A stretch of 64,000 nucleotides of DNA. Origin: Promethearchaeota archaeon (GTDB lineage Archaea > Asgardarchaeota > Thorarchaeia > Thorarchaeales > Thorarchaeaceae). The position numbers and the translations under genes are program-made. The DNA is taken from contig WJMJ01000059.1 in the NCBI GenBank assembly GCA_014728035.1, positions 160,001 to 224,000 of the forward strand, written 5' to 3'. Each line of letters opens with the position of its first letter. The first letter of the stretch is position 1. The notes beneath the pieces were generated by a model. The model was not told the origin of the DNA. It did no database searches and worked only from the letters and a program-made list of their open reading frames with translations. Positions 10,043-19,525 of this stretch are shown here, in pieces.

Positions 10043-13003
10043 TTGAGCCTGTTGCATAGAAGACTATTCACAATCGTGCTGCTAACACTTTTCGTTTCAA
10101 GTAGTGTTATGACCATGGTTCCTCTTTCGAGTACCCAAAAGATGAATACCGTGACTCACAACACGGGACAGCAAGAAGTTGCGACTATCACTCCGCAAAA
10201 TCTGTCTATCCCCTATGTTGACGAGCATTACGGTCATGCTGATGGAATAATCGATCCAATGGAATATTCATTTCAATATACTGACCCAGTTACAGGAATC
10301 TCCGTTTATCTTGAACATGATTCTGATAATCTATATGTTGGTCTTCTTGCGCCAACAGAAAATTGGGTTGCATTTGGCTGGAAGAACTACAATGAATCCT
10401 TTGAATCTGGTGGGCTTAACGGGAGTGACTTGATTTACGGATATGCTCCTGGCAACCCTCATACTTCGATTCCACGAGTAGTACCCACTGATATAGTGAC
10501 TGTTCACTACGAACTACGTGTCCGAAATGGCACACTTCTTCAAGAAGGGGATGTTCCAGGTATTGATTCTGATACCCCTCTTCAAAACGAGTCCCTCTTA
10601 CAAGGATACAAAGATATGATTGTAGGAATGCGAATTGGTGAGGTTCGCCACTTTATTCTTCCTGCAGAAGAAGCATACAATCGTCCTGGACATCCACTTT
10701 ATGGTAATGATTTGGAATATGTTATTACTCTCTCCCGGATTGGTAGCAATGTAGATAATCCTGCTGATGCTGGAGATATCTATTATCGTGATGCATACGG
10801 TACAGGTACATTCCAATATGCATTCGACTCTAATCAATCTAGGATACTTGAAGCTGGTGGGTCTGATAATGCATCATATACACAATTGGAATACTTCATT
10901 AAAATGAACAGTACTGATTCAAATGATATTCCACTTCTGAATGGGACGGATTTCTCGTATCCATTTGTATTGATGTCCGGACCATCCGAGGATTTGTCCG
11001 ACCTGCCTGATATTCACAGTGATTGGTCAAGCGGAATAAGAATGCAATTTGTTTCTAACACAGCTCCAATGATTGATCCACAAGAGATATCCAACGATGA
11101 TGTGTTAGGGTTTGTGAAGACTATCAAGCTAAATGTGACTGATAATAGCTATGTGCGTCAAGCTTTCTTCAGAGTTGATGATGAAAACTGGACTTCAATG
11201 ACATATAATTTCAAATCTGATTTCTTTGAATATGAAGTAGACCTTTCAACATATGATCTTGGGGAACATACTATGAGTTTCAAAGCTGTTGACCCCTCAA
11301 ACACCAGCAGTTATCTCAGCTATAATGTCACGTTTGATTGGCCTTTCATTCCTTTGTTGGGAATGAAATTGTCTGTTGTACGTACACTGGTCGCTGATGC
11401 ACACCAGCTTATGCGAACTGAAGATGTATTTACTATTCTAAATAATGGATCCGCCCCCATAAATGCAATTGAAATTCTCTTACCCAAAAAGTGGGAATCC
11501 AAGTTACTATCAGTAATGGCTATTGATGGTTCAGGCAGAGAATTGGTTGTTACAAGGCTTGATGATGTTAACAACATGTTCCATTGGCGAGTAGCATTCT
11601 TTGAACCAATAGGGTTTGAAGAAAGCAAATCGTTCACATTCAAGACATATTTGCATTCAATTCATGAGCTTGTAAACTTCGATGAGCGAATCTATGATTT
11701 GCGCTATCTTGGCATTCCTGTCGTACCTTACATTCTAACAGAGGCAAAATTCGACATCCAATTACACGATAGTGATGAACTACAAGATGCCAGTCCTAAG
11801 TTTACAATGCGTGCAGTTGAGCCAATGTATATCAGAGAGGTTGAATTCTCCTTCTATTCTATTATACCCCTTCTCAAAGCTGATCGCAAAACAACTGTTT
11901 CTGTAGGTGCTTGGGGCTGGATGCATTACGCAGAGGAGATTACCATTGTCAACATCGGCTCATCCAAAGAAAACTCGTTGAATTTCCAAGTTCCTGCCTA
12001 TGCTGATGGAATAAAGATATACGACCAAGTAGGAATTCTTAGAGCATCTCAGTGGTCATTCTCTGAAACTTATGAGTTTAACAGGTCAACATCTATTAAC
12101 ATCAATCTAAACTCTGACCGATTTGGTTCTAATGGATTGATGCCTGGATACAGATATACCTTTTATCTCGATTATGCGGTCCAGACAATGAATTATGAAG
12201 ACATTATTCCCACTGGATCACAATTAGAAATCCCAATGGGAACCCTTGGAAATGTACTTGTTCATAAACATGTTGTTGATGTGAAATTGCCCATTGGCAT
12301 CAATATTCTGCAAGCTACTGATGGTTATCGTTTGTTATTTGGTGTATTTGATTTCACCTTAAGATACTCCACATACAATACAACCCGTTACAATCCAGCT
12401 ACAATTTGGGTACTGCAGCAATCTGGTGTCAGTATTCTGGCTCGTCCAATCCTCTTCGCATTAATTTTTGGAATGGTTGCTGCAATATATGTTGCAGGTA
12501 GACGGTATCAGCTAGCTAATAGAGACCTATCTGACCTAGATGAGGAAGAAGCATCCACTGTTGGATATACCGGTCCACCAACCAGTCTGATTCGTGATTA
12601 TGCAAATCTATTTTCACGAAAAACAGCACTAGATATGGATCTTGAAAAACTTGAATCATCTCGGCGTCGTGGAAAAGTCACGAAGAAGGAATATCTTCTA
12701 AGAGAGAAGGATATCAAAAGCCAATTGCGAGACATTGCTTCCGAATTGCCTGAGCTTCGAGACAAACTGGTTTCCTACGGTGGACGCTATCGCGAGATGG
12801 TTTCTACGTTAGAACTGGAGGAAGAAAAGATTCAGGGCGCAAAAGCTGGGCTTAGACAGCTTCTCATTCGCCGTAAGAAACAGAGAGTAAGTCGAGTCGC
12901 TTTTGAAAGATCGCGTCAAGATTATCTGAAGACTATTTCAAAGTCTACTACCACAATTGACCGGATACTCTTGAATCTCCAAGAAGAAGCTGGGGAGGAC
13001 TAA
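10043..13003 (+). CDS. Secreted, membrane-anchored DOMON(+FKBP insert)-Ig-ribophorin I-like fusion protein
   Basis: Signal peptide; DOMON motifs (LYVGL.A...WVAFGW, GSDLIYGY, DAYG.G, TQLEY...STD.ND); FKBP segment; two ribophorin-I-like beta domains (DRKTTVSVGAWGW...EEITIVN); single TM; cytosolic coiled coil. Confidence 0.72.
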   Translation: MSLLHRRLFTIVLLTLFVSSSVMTMVPLSSTQKMNTVTHNTGQQEVATITPQNLSIPYVDEHYGHADGIIDPMEYSFQYTDPVTGISVYLEHDSDNLYVGLLAPTENWVAFGWKNYNESFESGGLNGSDLIYGYAPGNPHTSIPRVVPTDIVTVHYELRVRNGTLLQEGDVPGIDSDTPLQNESLLQGYKDMIVGMRIGEVRHFILPAEEAYNRPGHPLYGNDLEYVITLSRIGSNVDNPADAGDIYYRDAYGTGTFQYAFDSNQSRILEAGGSDNASYTQLEYFIKMNSTDSNDIPLLNGTDFSYPFVLMSGPSEDLSDLPDIHSDWSSGIRMQFVSNTAPMIDPQEISNDDVLGFVKTIKLNVTDNSYVRQAFFRVDDENWTSMTYNFKSDFFEYEVDLSTYDLGEHTMSFKAVDPSNTSSYLSYNVTFDWPFIPLLGMKLSVVRTLVADAHQLMRTEDVFTILNNGSAPINAIEILLPKKWESKLLSVMAIDGSGRELVVTRLDDVNNMFHWRVAFFEPIGFEESKSFTFKTYLHSIHELVNFDERIYDLRYLGIPVVPYILTEAKFDIQLHDSDELQDASPKFTMRAVEPMYIREVEFSFYSIIPLLKADRKTTVSVGAWGWMHYAEEITIVNIGSSKENSLNFQVPAYADGIKIYDQVGILRASQWSFSETYEFNRSTSININLNSDRFGSNGLMPGYRYTFYLDYAVQTMNYEDIIPTGSQLEIPMGTLGNVLVHKHVVDVKLPIGINILQATDGYRLLFGVFDFTLRYSTYNTTRYNPATIWVLQQSGVSILARPILFALIFGMVAAIYVAGRRYQLANRDLSDLDEEEASTVGYTGPPTSLIRDYANLFSRKTALDMDLEKLESSRRRGKVTKKEYLLREKDIKSQLRDIASELPELRDKLVSYGGRYREMVSTLELEEEKIQGAKAGLRQLLIRRKKQRVSRVAFERSRQDYLKTISKSTTTIDRILLNLQEEAGED

Positions 13004-13080
13004 AACCTCCTCAATTTCCTCCTTAGGAATCCTTATCAAATCTTAAGTCATGATGTCTGTCCCCTTTGGGGGGCATTATC

Positions 13081-13950
13081 ATGACTACAATCCCTTCTTT
13101 GAAGCGTAACCAAATCAGTGCGCGCGAAATGTTAGAGCCTGATACTAAAGCTCTTGAGCTGTATCAATACCTTACTGCTTCTCCTAAAGTACAATCCTAT
13201 TTGCGAACTGCAAATAGAATGGCTGTTTCACGATTGGGTTATACTGACCATGGACCAGTACATGCCCAAGTTGCAACTTGGAATGCATTGAAGGTATTTG
13301 AAATCTTGGAGAAGACATTCAAACCAAATATTGTTGCTGAGGGGATTGGAGATATAGATGATGCCAAACTGATCATCCTCGCATCTACCTATCTGCATGA
13401 TATAGGCATGGTAATTCACAGAACTGAACATAATCAAGCCGCTGTTTACCTTGCATCACAAATTCTTGAGCCTAAACTTGTAGAAATTTATGATGATCCA
13501 GGTATGGCCACTGATATTTTGTCATTTATTCTCCATGGTATCTATTCTCATGATGATGATACTCAATGCCTTACTTTTGAAGCTGGAATAACCAAACTTG
13601 GTGATGGAGCTGATTTAACAAAAGGGCGTACCATCGTACCATATCAAAAAGGAAAAGTGGATATCCATTCGGTAAGTGCACTAGCAATCAATAATGTTTT
13701 GTTCGATCATGGTAAAAATCATCCGTTACAGATTACTGTTGCAATGGACAATCCTGCAGGTGTTTTCCAAGTACAAGCTGTACTAGAGAAAAAAATTTCC
13801 ACATCTGGTTTAGGCGATCATATTTCTATTGATGTGCTTGTTAATGGGGATCGATTAATTCTTTCACAGGTTAAGAGACTCTTTCGTGTTCAATTAGAAG
13901 ATTCTGTTGAATCAATTGGCATGAAAAGAGGAAACAAGACTGAAGAATAG
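13081..13950 (+). CDS. HD-domain phosphohydrolase
   Basis: RLGYTDHGPVHA, YLHDIG..IHR..H, DGADLTKGR, IHSVSA. Confidence 0.88.
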   Translation: MTTIPSLKRNQISAREMLEPDTKALELYQYLTASPKVQSYLRTANRMAVSRLGYTDHGPVHAQVATWNALKVFEILEKTFKPNIVAEGIGDIDDAKLIILASTYLHDIGMVIHRTEHNQAAVYLASQILEPKLVEIYDDPGMATDILSFILHGIYSHDDDTQCLTFEAGITKLGDGADLTKGRTIVPYQKGKVDIHSVSALAINNVLFDHGKNHPLQITVAMDNPAGVFQVQAVLEKKISTSGLGDHISIDVLVNGDRLILSQVKRLFRVQLEDSVESIGMKRGNKTEE

Positions 13951-13970
13951 AACGAATCCATTGTGAATGA

Positions 13971-14078
13971 TGGTAGCCCCGCCAGGACTCGAACCTGGGT
14001 CGTCGGGAGCTTTCATCGGGCAGTACGGAACTAGCCGATACCAAAACCCGATATGATGGACCGCTACACCACGGGGCT
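13971..14078 (-). tRNA. tRNA-Gln(TTG) with 32-nt canonical 37/38 intron (14009-14040); CCA encoded
   Basis: Cloverleaf AGCCCCG/CGGGGCT; anticodon stem TCGGG/CCCGA; BHB TTTT-GGT / GAAA-GCT with intron stem ATCGG/CCGAT. Confidence 0.93.
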
Positions 14079-14394
14079 ATTCTTCTTGGATTCCGAAAGG
14101 CTTTCCACCCTTAAGAATTTCTGTTGGAATTCTTCCTTTCCATTTCTCAAGGAATTTAGTCTCTTCAATGCGTTGCTTTCCTTCCAGCCTTTGTTCATCA
14201 GGAAGCATACAGACAATCCCATCTATTACAGGATACCATCTGCCGCATTTTGGACAGGTTACCAATGCCTCATCAATTTCTGTGACTGAGTCATTGTCTA
14301 TTTTAATCTCGTGCTGTGTATATATTTCAAGATTAAGTTTACTTCGACAATCTTCAGCAGGACATGCTAATATATCCATCAGCCACATTTTCAA
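14077..14394 (-). CDS. trm112: Trm112-like methyltransferase activator (Zn ribbon)
   Basis: K.WLMDILACP...L.L...EIDEA...CPKCGRWYPVIDGI..ML; TTG start at 14394 with GGTGA SD. Confidence 0.88.
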   Translation of the reverse strand: MKMWLMDILACPAEDCRSKLNLEIYTQHEIKIDNDSVTEIDEALVTCPKCGRWYPVIDGIVCMLPDEQRLEGKQRIEETKFLEKWKGRIPTEILKGGKPFGIQEE

Positions 14395-14534
14395 CTTGGT
14401 CACCTGTGATTCGTATAGCGTCACGTAGGGATTTAAAAACTATTCTGGCGGTTACGAACTCAGTAACAAAATCAAAGGAGTTAGCTAAGAACTCTTCAAT
14501 CTTATCAACTCAAAATGATTTGGTGGTTTTCGAT

Positions 14535-15935
14535 ATGGAATGGACGCATCCTTGGTTACCTATCACATATGAAACACAGAATCAAATGCTAGAGGCAATC
14601 TCAAAGGAAAAGTTAGACGATTTGTTCTGTAATATTCCTGATAAATTCAGACTAAAGCGCGACTTGAAATTACCCACTTCCCATTCTGAATATGAAGTAG
14701 CAAAACGATTGCAGGAACTTGCATCAAAAAACCATCCTGCTGATAATGGTCGAGTGTTCATAGGTTCTGGTGTTTATCCTCATTATATCCCTCACGTTGT
14801 TCCAGCTCTTGCAGGCCGCTCTGAATTCGTCACGTCCTATACGAGTTACCAACCTGAAATTAGCCAAGGCATGCTTCAAACTCTGTTCGAGTATCAAAGC
14901 ATGTTAGCGGAGATACTCCAAATAGAAGTAGTGAATTCTTCAATGTATGATATGGCCACGGCACTTGGTGAAGCGGCAAGAATGACTGCACGAGTGAATA
15001 AAAAACGTGATCGATTCTTGATTCCCAGTAGTATGAATCCAGAGTTCTGCAAGGTTCTTCAAACATATACTGAACCAGCAGATATTGAGGTTGAACAGAT
15101 TGACTACGACAAAAATACTGGTCTTATGGATCTCTCTGATTTGGAATCACGTCTAAATGAAGACGTTGCTGGAGTATACTTAGAAAACCCAAGCTATCTT
15201 GGCTTTATTGAAACTCAAGTTGATGCTATCAGCAAAATGGCTCATGATGCAGGTGCTCTATTGGTAGCTGGAGTCGATATTCTCTCACTGGGTCTCTTAC
15301 GACCTCCTGGTGAGTATGGTGCCGATATAGTAATTGCCGAAGGTCAACCCCTCGGTTCTCCCATGTCTTATGGTGGGCCCCTTCTTGGTATATTTGGATG
15401 TAAAATGGAAAGAAAACTGGTATACCAAATGCCTGGCCGATTGGTTGGACTGACTAGAACTGAAGAGGAACCCTATGAACGTGGATATGTGCTAACTCTT
15501 AGTCCCCGAGAGCAACATATTCGTCGTGAGAAAGCAACAAGCAATATTTGTTCCAATCAAGCTTTGGCAGCGGTAACTGCTGCAGTTTATTTATCCACTA
15601 TTGGCCCAACTGGCTTATATGAACTAAGTAAAAGTATAGCATACAAGTCTAATTATGTTGCTAAGAAATTGAATGAAATTTCTGGTGTAGTTTCACCTGC
15701 CATTGGTGATTCAATATGGCGGGAATTTGTTGTACAATTCAATGATGGAGTATCTGCTGAAGACGTGCATGATGCCCTACTCGCTAATAATTTACATGGT
15801 GGTAAGATTCTATCTACCGTATTTCCAGAACTAGGTGAGTCTATGCTCCTTTGTGTAACAGAATTGCACGATTTACAGACGATTGAAGAATTAATAGAAA
15901 CAATATCTGGTATATTTCAAAATGGAGGTGCTTAG
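14535..15935 (+). CDS. gcvPA: Glycine decarboxylase P protein subunit 1
   Basis: F.GSGVY.HYIP, EFVTSYTSYQPEISQG.LQ.LFEYQ, REQHIRREKATSNICSNQ. Confidence 0.96.
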   Translation: MEWTHPWLPITYETQNQMLEAISKEKLDDLFCNIPDKFRLKRDLKLPTSHSEYEVAKRLQELASKNHPADNGRVFIGSGVYPHYIPHVVPALAGRSEFVTSYTSYQPEISQGMLQTLFEYQSMLAEILQIEVVNSSMYDMATALGEAARMTARVNKKRDRFLIPSSMNPEFCKVLQTYTEPADIEVEQIDYDKNTGLMDLSDLESRLNEDVAGVYLENPSYLGFIETQVDAISKMAHDAGALLVAGVDILSLGLLRPPGEYGADIVIAEGQPLGSPMSYGGPLLGIFGCKMERKLVYQMPGRLVGLTRTEEEPYERGYVLTLSPREQHIRREKATSNICSNQALAAVTAAVYLSTIGPTGLYELSKSIAYKSNYVAKKLNEISGVVSPAIGDSIWREFVVQFNDGVSAEDVHDALLANNLHGGKILSTVFPELGESMLLCVTELHDLQTIEELIETISGIFQNGGA

Positions 15936-15937
15936 AA

Positions 15938-17494
15938 TTGAAGAACGAATATCTACTGGACAGAAAGGTTCGTCAAGCAAGATGGGATGAACCACTATTA
16001 TTTGAACGTTCAAATCCTGGCGTGTTAGCTCATCAAGTTCCGAAACTTGAACAAGAGATTCAGGATGCCTTTGGATCCTTGGACTCGATTATTCCAAAAT
16101 CAATGAAACGAGAGTCAGCTCCCAATCTTCCCGAGGTTTCTGAGTTACAGGTTGTCCGTCATTTCACTCGTTTATCACAAATGAATTTCTCAGTTAGTCT
16201 TGGCACTTATCCTTTGGGAAGTTGTACAATGAAATACAACCCTTTAATCAATGAATCCGCAGCATCCCTATCTGGATTCGCTTGGTTACATCCACATCAA
16301 GATTTACGTCAATGTCAAGGTGCTTTAGAATTAATGTGGGAGCTGGAGCAATGGCTAGCTGAAATTACTGGTATGGATGCAGTAACGCTCCAACCAGCAG
16401 CCGGTGCACAAGGTGAGTTTACTGGTGTTATGATAATGCGAGAATACCATCGTTGCATTACTAAAGAGTGTGAACAAAGACATGAGATGCTTATTCCAGA
16501 CGCTGCTCATGGAACAAACCCAGCTTCTGCTGCAATGGCTGGATATAACGTAGTAGTTGTTCCTTCAAGTGATGAAGGACTTGTTGATTTAGACGCACTC
16601 AAGGAATCTGCAGGCCCTAACACAGCTGGGCTCATGCTTACAAATCCCAACACTATCGGTGTATTTGAGAAAGACATTGCTGAGATTGCAGGAATCGTAC
16701 ACGATGCTGGAGGTTTACTATATTATGATGGAGCTAATTTCAATGCAATAATGGGTGTTGTCAGGCCTGGTGATATGGGCTTTGATGTCGTACATCTCAA
16801 TCTTCACAAGACAATGTCGACACCTCATGGCGGGGGTGGGCCTGGGTCTGGACCTGTAGGAGTAAACGAAGAACTTGCCGAGTTTCTCCCAGTCCCTCGT
16901 ATCATTAAAGAGGAGGATGGAACCTTTGGTCTTGACTATGACCTTCCTCGCTCCATTGGAAAAGTTAAGGGATTCTTTGGTAATTTTGGAATGCTGGTCC
17001 GTGCGTATTCCTACATCTATTCACTAGGTTATCAGGGTCTCCATCGTGCATCTGAGGTAGCTGTACTTAATGCAAATTATGTGGCCTATCATATCCGTAA
17101 GATTCGTGGATTCTCTCTCCCTTATTCTCAAGATGATCCTCGAATGCACGAGTGTGTCATTTCAGCGGAAAAGTTGAAAGATGATACTGGAATTACTGCA
17201 ATGGATGTTGCCAAACGTCTACTAGATTTTGGAATCCATTCCCCCACCGTGTATTTTCCACTCATCGTTCCTGAAGCTTTGATGATAGAGCCCACAGAAA
17301 CTGAATCAAAACAGGATTTAGATAGGTTAATTTCAGCTTTCCAAACCATATCTGACGAGGCATATTCTACCCCTGATATTGTGAAAAATGCACCCACATC
17401 AACTGCTCTTCGTAAGCTTGATGAATATCGTGCAGCTCACCCAAAAACTCTTACATTATCTTGGAAGATGCATTTGGAGAAAAATGAGGAGTAA
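15938..17494 (+). CDS. gcvPB: Glycine decarboxylase P protein subunit 2
   Basis: YPLGSCTMKYNP, QPAAGAQGE, HGTNPASA, HLNLHKT (PLP Lys), PHGGGGPG, IEPTETES. Confidence 0.97.
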   Translation: MKNEYLLDRKVRQARWDEPLLFERSNPGVLAHQVPKLEQEIQDAFGSLDSIIPKSMKRESAPNLPEVSELQVVRHFTRLSQMNFSVSLGTYPLGSCTMKYNPLINESAASLSGFAWLHPHQDLRQCQGALELMWELEQWLAEITGMDAVTLQPAAGAQGEFTGVMIMREYHRCITKECEQRHEMLIPDAAHGTNPASAAMAGYNVVVVPSSDEGLVDLDALKESAGPNTAGLMLTNPNTIGVFEKDIAEIAGIVHDAGGLLYYDGANFNAIMGVVRPGDMGFDVVHLNLHKTMSTPHGGGGPGSGPVGVNEELAEFLPVPRIIKEEDGTFGLDYDLPRSIGKVKGFFGNFGMLVRAYSYIYSLGYQGLHRASEVAVLNANYVAYHIRKIRGFSLPYSQDDPRMHECVISAEKLKDDTGITAMDVAKRLLDFGIHSPTVYFPLIVPEALMIEPTETESKQDLDRLISAFQTISDEAYSTPDIVKNAPTSTALRKLDEYRAAHPKTLTLSWKMHLEKNEE

Positions 17495-17548
17495 CTTTTC
17501 TTCTCCAAACCGAAAAAAATACGAATATCTGTTGGTACGGTTATCAAT

Positions 17549-17920
17549 ATGAAATTAGAAAGAATAGTGGATACTCACAAACTCATACTGGATTTTGATT
17601 ATATTGGAAATGACATTCGCGTTTTGATTTATGGAGGCGACCAACATCATATTGGTGGTATTGCGGTTGCTTATTCCACACCAAGTCATTATCGTGATGC
17701 ACTTACAACAAGTGTGAACACTTTAACATTACCTGGGCACAAAGACTACGTCGTTGCTAACTCGGCAGCGGAAAAAATAGCGAGTGCCCTAGAGCAAACC
17801 GTTGTAGTATTGGTTGGAATACATGTTGACAACGCGACCTCTGACCAAATCACTTCAATTGTTTCTGCAGTTGACGATATGGTAGATGAAGTAATTAACC
17901 ACAATCAAAATGCTGAATAA
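17549..17920 (+). CDS. LpdD-like / proteasome-assembly-chaperone-4-like small protein
   Basis: G.D..V.I.GG...HIG, PGHKD, V..GIH.DNAT...I pattern. Confidence 0.7.
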   Translation: MKLERIVDTHKLILDFDYIGNDIRVLIYGGDQHHIGGIAVAYSTPSHYRDALTTSVNTLTLPGHKDYVVANSAAEKIASALEQTVVVLVGIHVDNATSDQITSIVSAVDDMVDEVINHNQNAE

Positions 17921-17928
17921 TCTACAAG

Positions 17929-18234
17929 ATGTCACAAAGCTTGGTTTTCAATTTGCGAGTACGTTTCAAATCATTTGGCCCCCTAAAACGATTACTTCCT
18001 TCTTCTGAAATGTATCTAGATATCCCTCTCGATTCAACAGTCAATGACGTAATTGATAGAGTTCTTGAAATTGGGGGAAAAGAATTTGAACGGCTTATTA
18101 TGAATAATGGAAAGCTGAGTGGAAATTTGATTGTGCTTGTTAACAAAACCGATATTGACCGACTTGATGGATTAGACACCCGATTATCTTCAGGTGATTT
18201 GGTGACAATTCTACCTCATGTACAAGGAGGTTAG
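17929..18234 (+). CDS. MoaD/ThiS/SAMP ubiquitin-like protein
   Basis: VLVN..DI..L.GL.T.L..GD.V.ILP.V.GG with C-terminal diglycine. Confidence 0.92.
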   Translation: MSQSLVFNLRVRFKSFGPLKRLLPSSEMYLDIPLDSTVNDVIDRVLEIGGKEFERLIMNNGKLSGNLIVLVNKTDIDRLDGLDTRLSSGDLVTILPHVQGG

Positions 18235-19525
18235 AGAATTGGCACAATTTTATCTTGAAACTTATGGGTGTGCTTTAAACAAATCCGACTCGGATATAAT
18301 TGTCGGTCGTCTTGGTAAGCTTGGAGTTTCCAGAACCTTCGATTTACAAAAGGCTGATGTGGTAATTATTAACTCGTGTGGGGTGAAAGAACCTACCGAG
18401 GATCGTATTATCCATAGAATCCGAGAACTTCGAAAAATTGGACAACCTATGATTATCACAGGATGTCTCTCGAAAATTGCATTTGATAGAGTACGTCGTG
18501 CTTTAGATTCCGGTGGTGCCATACTCGGCCCACAAACAATTGATTCTCTTGGCCCCATCTTTTTTCGCGTTCTTGAAGGAGAAAAAAACATCGTCAATCT
18601 TGAATCTGATTCAAGCTCCAAGCTGCGATTCTTTTTGGGCCCGCCTAACTCAGTAATATGTACCATTCCCATCTGTGAGGGATGTTTAGGTAATTGTGCA
18701 TATTGTGCTGTCAAATTTGCTCGCAGTGACGTATGCAGCTATTCTATCGCTGAACTATACGCTATTACAAAACAGTGTGTACATCAAGGATATCAGGAAA
18801 TAAGGCTTACTTCACAAGATGCAGGTGCATTTGGATACGACACTGGGGAAAGTCTTGTTGACCTTTTGAGGAGATTGGATTCGATTTCTGGACAACATCG
18901 TTTTCGTATTGGAATGTTCAATCCTAATCTTGTAATTGACAATTTACTCGATATTCTTAATGTGATGAAATCCAATCATTTCTTCAAATTTTTCCATGTG
19001 CCTTTACAATCGGGAAGTAATCATATTTTGGAATTAATGAATCGTAGATATTGTGTTGAGGATTGGGGAAAAGTAATCCGCACAATTCGCGAACATTTTC
19101 CTTCCGCCACAATTGCAACCGACATAATAGTTGGCTTTCCGGGAGAATCTGATGATGACTTTGAAAATACCCTGCGAATCTTGAAAGAATTTTCCCCCAC
19201 ATTAGTAAATATCTCAAAGTATGGAGACCGTCCTGGGACTATTGCATCTCAGTCACAAGAGAAGGTTGATACGCTTTTGAAGAAGAATCGGAGTAGACAA
19301 CTCTCTCGATTTGTCTCATCACTTACTCGGGCTGAAAATAAGAGCTGGATTGGATGGTCGGGTCCAGCTATAGTTACTGAATGTGCTCCTAAAGGAGGAT
19401 ATGTTTGTAGGAACTCTTCATACAAGTACATTGTCGTGAATAAGTCGCTTTCCCTTGGTGATGTGATAAAAGTCCGTATAGTTGACTCTCATAAGACGTA
19501 TCTTTCTGCAATCACAATTCCCTAG
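18218..19525 (+). CDS. mtaB: tRNA t6A37 methylthiotransferase (archaeal MtaB/CDKAL1 type); start possibly TTG at 18239
   Basis: ETYGC..N, INSC.VK..TE, TGC (UPF0004); C.GNC.YC radical SAM; GMFNP; TRAM-like end. Confidence 0.9.
   Translation: MYKEVRELAQFYLETYGCALNKSDSDIIVGRLGKLGVSRTFDLQKADVVIINSCGVKEPTEDRIIHRIRELRKIGQPMIITGCLSKIAFDRVRRALDSGGAILGPQTIDSLGPIFFRVLEGEKNIVNLESDSSSKLRFFLGPPNSVICTIPICEGCLGNCAYCAVKFARSDVCSYSIAELYAITKQCVHQGYQEIRLTSQDAGAFGYDTGESLVDLLRRLDSISGQHRFRIGMFNPNLVIDNLLDILNVMKSNHFFKFFHVPLQSGSNHILELMNRRYCVEDWGKVIRTIREHFPSATIATDIIVGFPGESDDDFENTLRILKEFSPTLVNISKYGDRPGTIASQSQEKVDTLLKKNRSRQLSRFVSSLTRAENKSWIGWSGPAIVTECAPKGGYVCRNSSYKYIVVNKSLSLGDVIKVRIVDSHKTYLSAITIP

Noticed and set aside
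14364-14534. N-terminal extension of GcvPA in the ORF track
   Set aside because: It overlaps the divergent trm112 start; similarity begins at MEWTHPWLP (14535)
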